From a bacterium ADurb.Bin236 (GTDB taxonomy: Bacteria; UBP15; UBA6099), in contig MWCD01000004.1 in NCBI GenBank assembly GCA_002069885.1, positions 81,296 to 145,295 of the forward strand: a DNA stretch of 64,000 nucleotides. Direction: 5' to 3'. The stretch's first letter is position 1, and the number at the start of each line of letters is the position of its first letter. This document shows positions 20,505 through 29,414 of this stretch, piece by piece. The notes below the pieces were generated by a model. That model saw only the letters and a program-made list of their open reading frames with translations. It did no database searches and was not told the origin of the DNA. The translations under genes were made by a program, and so were the position numbers.

Positions 20505-20736
20505 GATGTCGGCTCCTTTCGGCAAACGCGCGCGTCCGCCCTTTCAGCCGGGACTGCGCGCTGAAATCCACGCGCGTGAAATATCAAACATGGATTATAT
20601 ATCGATTGTTCACAGCTCTCACCCGGTTGCGACTTAATTCATTGCTTAATAATAGCGGAATTCCTTCTCCGCTTATCTAATGAGTATGATTTTATATCAA
20701 AAACCCCTATATAGGAACAGGGAAAACAAAGGATAA

Positions 20737-21126
20737 TTATCTATCGTTTTTAACATTCAGTTTTTCCACAGCGGTGAACACCTCTTCCGGAGTAAAAGGC
20801 TTTGGAATAAAATCATCCGCTCCGAGTTTCATCGCCTCTACGGCTGTGTTTACGGTAGAATACCCGGTTATCACCACTACCGCGCAATCAGGATATCCTT
20901 TTTTTATAGACTTCACCAACTCCAGTCCCGGCATTCCGGGCATCTTCAGATCAGTCAAAATCACGTCGTATTTGTCCGATCTGAGAACTCTAAGAGCCTC
21001 GTCGCCGGAAGAAACGGTGGATATTTCATAGCGGTCGCTTTTTTCGCTGAATATATCTATGCAACTTTGCCGAACGACAATTTCATCGTCAACAATCAGC
21101 ATTTTAATTTTTTTAGGCATTTGCAA
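20737..21126 (-). CDS. Stand-alone response regulator receiver (no output domain)
   Basis: LIVDDE, TDLKMPGMPG, VITGY, KPF; 129 aa; overlaps the kinase stop. Confidence 0.93.
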   Translation of the reverse strand: MQMPKKIKMLIVDDEIVVRQSCIDIFSEKSDRYEISTVSSGDEALRVLRSDKYDVILTDLKMPGMPGLELVKSIKKGYPDCAVVVITGYSTVNTAVEAMKLGADDFIPKPFTPEEVFTAVEKLNVKNDR

Positions 21127-22846
21127 CCCCTTCCGCAGGCAGTTTTACACAGAATTTCGATCCTTGTCCGACAACGCTTTTTACGGTTATATCGCCATTG
21201 TGCCGTTTCACAATTCCGAAACAGATTGAAAGGCCCAATCCCGTGCCTTCTGTCGGACCTTTCGTGGTGAAAAAAGGATCGAACAAGCGCTCGAGATTTT
21301 CCGCTGGAACTCCGCATCCGGTGTCGGTGAAAGAGACTTCCACAAAACTGCGGGGCGGAGCGACTTTCGATTCCACAACCGACAAGCGCGATTCCACGCT
21401 CACTGTCCCTATTCCCTTCATCGCGTCTGCGGAATTAATCAAAAGATTCATAAACACCTGATGCATCTGTCCCCGGTCGACGTTTAATTCAGGCAAATCA
21501 GGCGCGAGGTCTTTCAGTATTTTTATGTTATGAAAAGACTCCTGATTTTCCACAAGCGAAATCGCGCGGAGTATCACATCGTTGATTTTCGTCTGAGTTT
21601 TTTCCGGCGTGGATTGCCGCGAAAATTCGAGAAGCCCCGCTACTATGTTGCGACATCTTTTTGTTTCGTCAACCACGACGCTAAGCCACTTTTTTTCCTT
21701 CTCGCCTTCTACTCTTTCAAGAAGGAGCGAACTGTAGCTAAGGACGGCGGTGAGAGGATTGTTAATTTCGTGGGCTATCCCGGCGGAAAGTTGTCCCAGA
21801 GAAGCCAATTTGACCGACCTAACCAGCTTCATGTGCGTCTCGTCGTTAATGCGGGAGTAGATGTCCTCGAAGGTCGAGCCTGATTCCGGGTCTCTTCCCA
21901 CGTATCCGGGGGCAATGGGACTTCTTTTCGAAATTGAATCTCCGTTCACAATTTCAGGAGCGACGGTGTCATAAGTAAGAAAGCTCCTGTATCCGGATTC
22001 CTTTCTGAGCTTCTCGGCCATTCGGTTGAACGAATGAGAAAGCCTTCCGAATTCGTCGCTGGCGTACACAGGCACGCGCGTGTTGTAATTCCCTGCCGAC
22101 ACGTCTCTAACTCCTCCCAGCAAGGCCGTCATGGGACGTATCAGAAAGTAATACAACATCGCCGCCAATGCGGTCATTATCGCGATGAAAGATGAAACTC
22201 CGAGGATTATCAGATGCCTCTTGATTCCAGCGATTTTATTATCGACGTCTGACAACGACATTGTGATATCGAAAAGGCCGAGAACTTTTTTGTCTCTCGG
22301 ATGATGGTCATGGCACATGAGGTAGCAACCTTCCTCATTGTAAATCGCCTGTGTGAGGCTAACAACCCGCCCTTCTCCGGATTTTGATTTGGAAATTCTC
22401 GCCCTGTCAGAAATTTCTATGTCTTCCAGCGGAGCGCCTCCCGCATGGCACACCGCGCACTGTTCGGCGCTTATGTCTATCGCGTCGCCAATCTCTCCGG
22501 GAACGGTGGATTTGCTGATCACGCCTCTCTTATCGAAAATCCTTATCGTCTCGATTTCATCGGATTGCTTGGCTATGTAGTCTATAGTCTCCTGCACTTT
22601 CTCTTTCGTGTTTTCAAGCATGTAGTTGCGAGTCGAGTATTTTACCGTTCCGGCTATGTTGTCGGCCCCGATAAGCACCTCGTCGATAAGTTGCTTCTCC
22701 TGCATGCTTATGTTGTAATAAGTGCCTATCCCGATCAGCGCGGTCAGCGCGGCTCCGATGAAAATAAACAGTTTGAAGCCGAAGCTGCTGAAGTAAGGTT
22801 TCAGAGCGACAAATCTGTTTCGGTATTTTTCAGCCTTTTTCAACAC
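21113..22846 (-). CDS. Membrane sensor histidine kinase with periplasmic CxxCH-containing domain, HAMP, HisKA and HATPase
   Basis: Two TM helices; CAVCH (22445-22459) and CYLMCH (22310-22327); DEFGRLSHSFN (HAMP); AHEINNPL; N, G1, F and G2 boxes. Confidence 0.93.
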   Translation of the reverse strand: MLKKAEKYRNRFVALKPYFSSFGFKLFIFIGAALTALIGIGTYYNISMQEKQLIDEVLIGADNIAGTVKYSTRNYMLENTKEKVQETIDYIAKQSDEIETIRIFDKRGVISKSTVPGEIGDAIDISAEQCAVCHAGGAPLEDIEISDRARISKSKSGEGRVVSLTQAIYNEEGCYLMCHDHHPRDKKVLGLFDITMSLSDVDNKIAGIKRHLIILGVSSFIAIMTALAAMLYYFLIRPMTALLGGVRDVSAGNYNTRVPVYASDEFGRLSHSFNRMAEKLRKESGYRSFLTYDTVAPEIVNGDSISKRSPIAPGYVGRDPESGSTFEDIYSRINDETHMKLVRSVKLASLGQLSAGIAHEINNPLTAVLSYSSLLLERVEGEKEKKWLSVVVDETKRCRNIVAGLLEFSRQSTPEKTQTKINDVILRAISLVENQESFHNIKILKDLAPDLPELNVDRGQMHQVFMNLLINSADAMKGIGTVSVESRLSVVESKVAPPRSFVEVSFTDTGCGVPAENLERLFDPFFTTKGPTEGTGLGLSICFGIVKRHNGDITVKSVVGQGSKFCVKLPAEGVANA

Positions 22847-25556
22847 GGACGGCGCAAACCTTCAATTCGGGTATTTTCGCCACAGGGTCGAGCGCGTCAT
22901 TCGTGAGCCTGTTAACCGGAGCCTCGCTGAAATGAAACGTCGTGAAAACAACCCCTTTTTCCACCATTCCGGACACGCGCGCGCGCAAACTGATTTTCCC
23001 TCTTCTGGAGGACACTTTCACCATGTCGCCGTCCGACACGCCTATGCGTTCCGCGTCGGATGGATTAATCTCAAGCGTTGCTTCGGGGGCGAGAGTTTCG
23101 AGGCTAGGACATCTGCGAGTCATCGTACCCGTGTGGTAGTGATACTGAATGCGTCCGGTCGTCAGAATCATCGGGTATTCATCGTCCGTTAATTCCGCCG
23201 CAGGTTTGTAAGGAATGGCGGTCATCAGACCTTTGCCGCGCTTGAAGCCTTCCGCGTGAAGGAATTCAGTGCCGGGATGATCGATGTCCGGACACGGCCA
23301 CTGTATGCCGCCTTTTTCAAGACGGGAGTAACTTATACCGGCGTACGAGGGAACAACTCTTCTAATTTCGTTGAATATTTGCTCAGGAGAGGCATAGTCC
23401 GCTGAGAATCCCATGAGCTGAAACAGCCGCTGGATTATTCTCCAATCAGGGTAACAGCTTCCGAGAGGCTGAACCGCCGCCCTAACGCGCTGCGCTCTGC
23501 GCTCTGTGTTTGTGAAAGTCCCGTCCTTTTCCGCCCAACTCGCGCCCGGAAGAACCACATCCGCTCTTGCGGCCGTTTCAGTCAGAAAAATATCCTGAAC
23601 CACAAGAAAATCAACTTTGTCCAACGCTTCCTCGATGTGGGTGATATTCGCGTCAGATAGCGCCGGGTTCTCGCCCATCACGTAAAGCGCGCGAATCTCC
23701 CCCTTCAGAATCGCAGGCATCATCTCAGTGACGGTTAATCCGGGTTTCGACGGCAGCGAATCGACGCCCCAGACGGCCGCGATTTTTCGTCTTGCCGAGT
23801 CGTCAGCGACGCTCGCGTATCCCGGAAGCGAGCTTGGCAGAGCGCCCATGTCGCAAGCGCCTTGCACGTTGTTCTGTCCTCTTAACGGATTGACGCCTGT
23901 GCCGCGCCTTCCGACGTTGCCTGTGAGCATCGCCAGATTCGCCACCGATTTCACAGCGTCAGTTCCTGTGACATGCTGCGTTATTCCCATCGCGTATAGA
24001 AAAGTCGTTTTATCGGATTTTCCTATCAGTTCGGCCACCGCAATCAGATCGGACGCCGGAATCCCCGTTATGCTCTCAACCTGTTCGGGAGTGTAACTTT
24101 CCACTTCGCGGGCCAGTTCTTCGAACCCTTCGCATCTTTCATCAATATATTCTTTATCATGAAGATTGTTCTTGATAATCCAATGCATTATGCCGTTTAG
24201 CCAAGCGACATCCGTTCCGGGTTTCTGGCGAAGCCAGTAGTTCGCCTGTTCGACCAAATCTATGCGCCTCGGATCAGCCACCACGAGACGGGCGTCCCTC
24301 CGCTCCACCGCTCTCTTAATTCTCTGCGCGATTATGGGATGGTTTTCCGTTGTATTGGTTCCGGTGATAACAATAACATCAGCCTCCTCAATCTCAGCAA
24401 TCGAGTTGGTCATCGCGCCGCTTCCGAAGACTGTGGCCAGACCGGCCACGGTGGAAGCGTGTCAAAGCCGGGCGCAGTGATCGACGTTGTTCGAGCCGAT
24501 CGCCTGCCTTATGAACCTCTGAAAAAGATAGTTTTCCTCATTAGTGCATCTTGCGCTTGAAAGCCCCGCGATGGAATCCGGACCGTGTTCCGCCAGAGTT
24601 CGCCTGAATTCTCTCGCCACCTTAGTCAAGGCTTTCGTCCATGTCGTTTCTTCAAGTTCTCCCTTTTCATTCCTCATCAGCGGCTTGCCGAGGCGCTCCC
24701 CGCTGTGTATGAATGCATACCCGAATCTGCCTTTCGAGCACAGTCTTCCTTTGTTGACGCCCGCTGCGTCGTCAGTCGTCACCCCGACCACTTTGCCGTT
24801 CACAACATTCAGTTCCAGAGAACAGCCTACCCCGCAGTACGCGCATGTCGTAGCCGTTTTTTCCGTTTCCCACGGTTTGCCCTTGCCGCCCCCCATCCGC
24901 TCTTCGATTGCGTTCACCGGACATACTCTCATGCACTCTCCGCATGAGACGCAGCGTGAAGGGCTTTCAGGATCGGCGAGAGCGGGCTGGATCGATGCCA
25001 GCGCCCCCGGCCCCGCCATCGTTATCGCTCCAAGCCCTCTTATCTCCTTGCAGACTTTCACGCACCTTCCGCACAACACGCACCGCCTCGGATGATAGTC
25101 GAGTATCGGCGTCGAAAATTCCTTCCACGGATACTCCTCCGTCTTGATGCTGTAGCTCCCGAAATCGTTCGGGGCTAGGTCATACTCGTATGCGATATCC
25201 TGAAGCTCGCAATCGCCGTTTTTTGGACACGGCGAACAGTTCAACGGATGATGCGCCAAGATCATTCTTATGACCTCGCGCCTCAGGTTAAAAAGCCTCT
25301 CCGAACGAGTGACCACTCTCATGCCGTCCAGAGCCTGAGTGTTGCAGGCGGTAGCCGGCCTGTCGACGCCTTCGACCTCCACCACGCACACCCTGCATGA
25401 GCCTATCGGGCTTAGAGCTTCGTGATAACAGAGCGTCGGGATTCTTACTCCCACCGCCCTTGCCGCTTCGAGTATGGTCGCCCCTTCCGGCGCTAATACC
25501 GTCTTCCCGTCGATCTCCAGTTGCACTTTCTTTTTCGTTTCGATGATTGTGGTCAT
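22830..25556 (-). CDS. fdhF: Formate dehydrogenase alpha subunit, selenocysteine-containing (908 aa, Sec365); joins ORFs 24462..25556 and 22830..24449
   Basis: Minus strand reads GAT CAC TGC GCC CGG CTT TGA CAC GCT TCC ACC GTG (DHCARL-U-HASTV) in one frame. The TGA at 24462-24464 aligns with the Cys of the paralog and is followed by a SECIS-like hairpin. Confidence 0.95.
24433..24464 (-). promoter_or_regulatory. Bacterial SECIS element and recoded UGA
   Basis: 12 nt after the UGA: GTGGCC-GGTCT-GGCCAC, a perfect 6-bp stem with a GGUCU loop (24433-24449), resembling the enterobacterial fdhF SECIS apical hairpin. Confidence 0.9.
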
Positions 25557-25560
25557 TGTT

Positions 25561-27525
25561 TTATTCCTCTGTGGCGAACAACGCGATTCTGTAACAACGC
25601 AGGCATCTCTCCGCCTCTCTTATAGCTTCGTCGGGCTTTAATCCGCGCTCGATTTCGACAAAGTCCGAAGTCCTCTCGCGCGCCGGTCTCATTTCCAGCC
25701 GGCAACGCGCCTTGTTTCCAAGCCTGTTCACCGGAGCTTGCGGCAGGGACATCGTTTTTAGCAATCTGAACATCCTTTCCGCTTCGGGCATGCTCATCTT
25801 CTCTCCGCGCATCCTCTGATCCATGCAATGGGCGACTCTCAATCCGTGTCCCATGGCGTCAATCAGCGCGGCGGGACCGCTCACGCAGTCTCCTCCAGCG
25901 AACACCCTGTCCCTGCCAGTCATCATCGTGTTGTCGTCCACGGCGATAGTTCCCCACTTCGTGGTCTCTATTCCGCTTCCGCTTGACAGGAAAGAAAAAT
26001 CCGAGGACTGCCCTATCGCCGGTATCACGATGTCGCACTCTATGAAAAAATCCGAGCCTTTGACTTCTACAGGCCGGCGACGGCCCGAAGCGTCGGGTTC
26101 GCCCAAGTCCATCTTCACGCAGGTTATCCCCTTCACTTTGCCGGCCTCGGCGTCGATTCTTACGGGATGCGTCAGAAATAGGAACTCCACGCCCTCTTCC
26201 ATCGCGCCTTCTATTTCCTCGTGGTCCGCCGGCATTTCTTTCTGAGTGCGCCTGTACACCACGCTCACTTTTGAGTATCCGAGTCGAATGGCGCTTCTCG
26301 CGCAGTCCATCGCAACGTTGCCGCCTCCCACAACCACGACTCTGGTTCCTACGGGAGGCTTGAATTCTCCTATGTGATGCAGAAGATTGAGATCGCGCAG
26401 GAAAGTCACTCCAGCCACATACCCTTCCGGATTAGCGTCTTCTCCCTCCATCCCAACGCTTTTGCTTCCGTGCGCTCCGACGGAGATTAGGACGCTGTCG
26501 TATTCCGTCTCAAGTTGGCTTAGAGACAAATCCCTTCCCAGCCGCTTGCCATAATGAAACTTCACTCCGATTTCTGATATCCGCCTGACTTCCGAACTGA
26601 TAACGTCGCGAGGCAGCCTGTAGTCGGGAATCCCAACCGCGCTCATCCCGCCCGGCTCCCGCAGGTCTTCGAATATATGGACTTCATGCCCCTTGCGCTT
26701 GAGATAAAAAGCGGCGGTAAGCCCGCAAGGCCCGGCTCCTATAATCGCCGCATTCTTTCCGCTAGCGGACGGAATTTCTTCCAGCGGCTTGGACCTTGCC
26801 GAGACATAAGACACTATCTGATCATTGACGAATCTTTTCAGGTGTTTGATTGAAATCGCCTCGTCAAGCTCTTCGCGGCGGCAGACAAATTCGCAAGGCC
26901 TGACGCAGACGCGCCCGCAGACTCCCGCAAGCGGATTCTTCCTGCCGATTATCGCAAGGCTTTCATAGTAGTTACCGCTTCTGATCGCGTCCACATATTC
27001 CGGGATATCCAGATGGGCAGGACAGGCTTCAATGCAGGGAGCGGTTGCCATCGCCCTGTAGTTTCCTCGTTTCACAGGCCCGCGGCCCGCAACCGCCTCC
27101 TCAAAAGCTTCAGGCATCAGTTCCATCATCTTGAGCAAAGCAGTCATGGATGTGTGGCCGAGTTCGCACATGGAGGCGTCCCGGATGACCGCCGCCATTG
27201 ACCGTATGGCGTCAATGTCCTCGCGCCGCCCGTGCCCGTCCGCCAACGCGGCCAGTTTCTCGGCCACTACTTTCGTGCCCACTCTGCACGGCGTGCAGTA
27301 TCCGCAACTTTCTTCCTGCGCTTTTTCGACGTACGCCCTTGCCATGTCCACGACGGGCGCGTCTCGGTCAAAAAGAAAAAAACCGTCCCATCCCATGAAT
27401 GCCAGAATGTCGTTGCCGCTCTCGAATTCCTTCAATCCTTTGAACGCTTCCGGAATCGCCGACTTCTTAAGTCCCCGGTTGTCCGTCACATCGTCCCGCC
27501 AACTGCCTAAGATAACTTTCGCCAT
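25561..27525 (-). CDS. FDH partner subunit: NuoF-like 4Fe-4S region fused to a GltD/SfrB-type FAD/NADP(H) oxidoreductase
   Basis: ESCGYCTPCRVG..CELG; APCIEACP..VCGRVCVRPCEFVCRR; IIGAGPCG; VVGGGNVAMDCAR; YRRT; FAGGD; C-terminal CLRC. Confidence 0.9.
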   Translation of the reverse strand: MAKVILGSWRDDVTDNRGLKKSAIPEAFKGLKEFESGNDILAFMGWDGFFLFDRDAPVVDMARAYVEKAQEESCGYCTPCRVGTKVVAEKLAALADGHGRREDIDAIRSMAAVIRDASMCELGHTSMTALLKMMELMPEAFEEAVAGRGPVKRGNYRAMATAPCIEACPAHLDIPEYVDAIRSGNYYESLAIIGRKNPLAGVCGRVCVRPCEFVCRREELDEAISIKHLKRFVNDQIVSYVSARSKPLEEIPSASGKNAAIIGAGPCGLTAAFYLKRKGHEVHIFEDLREPGGMSAVGIPDYRLPRDVISSEVRRISEIGVKFHYGKRLGRDLSLSQLETEYDSVLISVGAHGSKSVGMEGEDANPEGYVAGVTFLRDLNLLHHIGEFKPPVGTRVVVVGGGNVAMDCARSAIRLGYSKVSVVYRRTQKEMPADHEEIEGAMEEGVEFLFLTHPVRIDAEAGKVKGITCVKMDLGEPDASGRRRPVEVKGSDFFIECDIVIPAIGQSSDFSFLSSGSGIETTKWGTIAVDDNTMMTGRDRVFAGGDCVSGPAALIDAMGHGLRVAHCMDQRMRGEKMSMPEAERMFRLLKTMSLPQAPVNRLGNKARCRLEMRPARERTSDFVEIERGLKPDEAIREAERCLRCYRIALFATEE

Positions 27526-27559
27526 ATCGCAAGATTCTCCATTGCCTTCTTCTTGATAG

Positions 27560-28177
27560 TCACCAGATTTCCGATTCTAATCTCCGGGCCATCGTCATCA
27601 TCTGTTTATCCGTGAGCTTTCCGACGTTTTCCTCAATCCATTTCACGTCTCCGGTCGCTATCGCCGTTTTCGCTTCGGAACTGATGTCGTAATCTTTCAG
27701 AGCCTCCGAGCCTTCCATGTACAGCCGGTCAAAAAAGTCCGGGTCGTCGGATGTCCTGTCCAGAATCTCCAGCACGAGGGTCTCGCGCATTGATTTCTTC
27801 GGATCCTTCGCTCCGATAGCCTGAGACACCGCGTTCCTAAGTTCTTCGGGAGTGAAGGGTTTGGGGATATAGTCGTATGCGCCGAGTTTCATAAACTCTC
27901 TTGCGGTGTCCATAGATGGATAGCCTGTTATTACGATAACCGTTAATCGTGGATTCGTCTTTCTGATACGTCTTACGACTTCGACGCCGTTCAGTTCAGG
28001 CATCATAATGTCTGTTATGAACAGATCGATGCCGCCCGCCGATGCGATATCTATGCATTCTGCGGGCGATGTGCTTGTTATTATCTCAAGTCCGGTTTCC
28101 TCCAGTATTTCCCTGCACGTGTTGAGGATCACTTCCTCATCGTCAAGCACAAGCGCTTTTTTTGCTGTCTCTTCCAT
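27560..28177 (-). CDS. Response regulator with a small helical C-terminal domain
   Basis: LVLDDE, TDIMMP, ITGY, KPF, followed by about 75 aa with no HTH; AGGAGG RBS. Confidence 0.9.
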   Translation of the reverse strand: MEETAKKALVLDDEEVILNTCREILEETGLEIITSTSPAECIDIASAGGIDLFITDIMMPELNGVEVVRRIRKTNPRLTVIVITGYPSMDTAREFMKLGAYDYIPKPFTPEELRNAVSQAIGAKDPKKSMRETLVLEILDRTSDDPDFFDRLYMEGSEALKDYDISSEAKTAIATGDVKWIEENVGKLTDKQMMTMARRLESEIW

Positions 28178-28406
28178 GATGCTTTCCTCCTGTTTTGATA
28201 AATCACCGATATTATTGAAACATATACATAAACCGGAAACGCGCTAGCGAGCGATAAGCATACATCTCGCGCGTTCCCTCATCCCGGACACGATTAAACG
28301 CCGCTAAGCCGGGTTGTTTCTCTGTTGTTCACCGCGATCGATTGAGTTCTATTTCATTTTTTGCTTTTTTAGTTCGACCGCAGCAGCGCCACTTCACCTA
28401 TTTGAA

Positions 28407-28436
28407 ATCATATCAAAGGCATCATTGAAGTGTCAA
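28407..28436 (-). promoter_or_regulatory. Candidate sigma70 promoter of the FDH/regulator operon
   Basis: Minus strand TTGACA-N18-TATGAT with extended -10 (TG-A-TATGAT). Confidence 0.55.
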
Positions 28437-28610
28437 GAACGCGTTTTCTGCGACCTTCAAAACCCTTGTCACATCTATAGCTCTAGCCGTTATCCGCTTG
28501 TATAATGTTGTTGATATATTATGGCAATTGTAAACTGATATTTAATCGGCATTATGTCGGCGATTAGAATCAACATTTATTCTGAGTTGCTAGGAAAAGA
28601 GCGGGATAAA

Positions 28611-29345
28611 ATGTCAAAACGCGTAGTCGTGATGCCTGCGTTGAATGCTGAAAAAACGCTTGCGGCGACATATTCGCTGATCCCCAAGGACTGCGTTGAC
28701 GAAGTGATTCTTGTCGACGACGGCAGCGTTGACGCCACTGTGGATATCGCCAAACGGCTCGGAATTCATGTGGTGGCTCATCCGCATAACGCCGGTTACG
28801 GAGCCAACCAAAAGACGTGCTATATGGAAGCTCTGCGCAGGGACGCCGATGTGGTGATAATGCTCCATCCGGACGGACAGCACGATCCCAAAATAATTCC
28901 TCGGATGATTCAAGAGATCGAAAACAAAAGCGGAGACCTCGTCCTTGCGTCTCGTTTTCTCCCTCCGGGGGACGCTCTCAAAGGCGGCATGCCTCTTTAC
29001 AAATTCTTCTTCAACAGGCTCCTCACATTGGTCGAGAATATCGCCCTCGGACTCCGCATGTCAGAGTATCACACCGGGTATCGCGCTTATTCCAGAAAAC
29101 TCCTTGAAACGATTCCTTTCCTCCGCAACTCTAATGATTTCGTATGCGACCAACAGATTGTGTTTCAGACCGTCAGCTTCGGTTTTAATATCTGCGAACT
29201 GCCTATTCAGACTAGATATCTTGATGGGTCTTCTTCAATCGGATTCAGTCGGAGCGTCGTTTACGGCCTGATGACTCTTTGCTATGCTTTTTCATATCTG
29301 CTTTTCCGTTCGGGGCTTTTCAAAAGTCGCTTGTTCAAAAAATAA
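28611..29345 (+). CDS. GT2 glycosyltransferase (polyprenol-phosphate glycosyl synthase-like)
   Basis: VMPALN, LVDDGSVD, NAGYG, HPDGQH, ASRF, TGYRAYS; start set at ATG 28611. Confidence 0.9.
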   Translation: MSKRVVVMPALNAEKTLAATYSLIPKDCVDEVILVDDGSVDATVDIAKRLGIHVVAHPHNAGYGANQKTCYMEALRRDADVVIMLHPDGQHDPKIIPRMIQEIENKSGDLVLASRFLPPGDALKGGMPLYKFFFNRLLTLVENIALGLRMSEYHTGYRAYSRKLLETIPFLRNSNDFVCDQQIVFQTVSFGFNICELPIQTRYLDGSSSIGFSRSVVYGLMTLCYAFSYLLFRSGLFKSRLFKK

Positions 29346-29414
29346 AACACTCTATTCTCGCCAAACGAGAGACAAGAATATTTGTAATAGATCAAATCGA
29401 TAGAGACGATAATT

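Noticed and set aside
20590-20610. ModE-like half site (minus strand ATCGATATATA) upstream of the NuoE-like gene
   Set aside because: Only one half matches and it overlaps a likely -10 element (TATAAT); insufficient for a call.
22830-24449. Separate 539-aa ORF or FDH pseudogene
   Set aside because: In frame with 24462..25556 across a single UGA at the Mo/W-ligand position with a SECIS hairpin, so it is one selenoprotein gene.
15256-28500. FDH cluster as a genomic island integrated at tRNA-Ser
   Set aside because: No integrase, no repeat of the tRNA 3' end found at the far side, and composition similar to the flanks.
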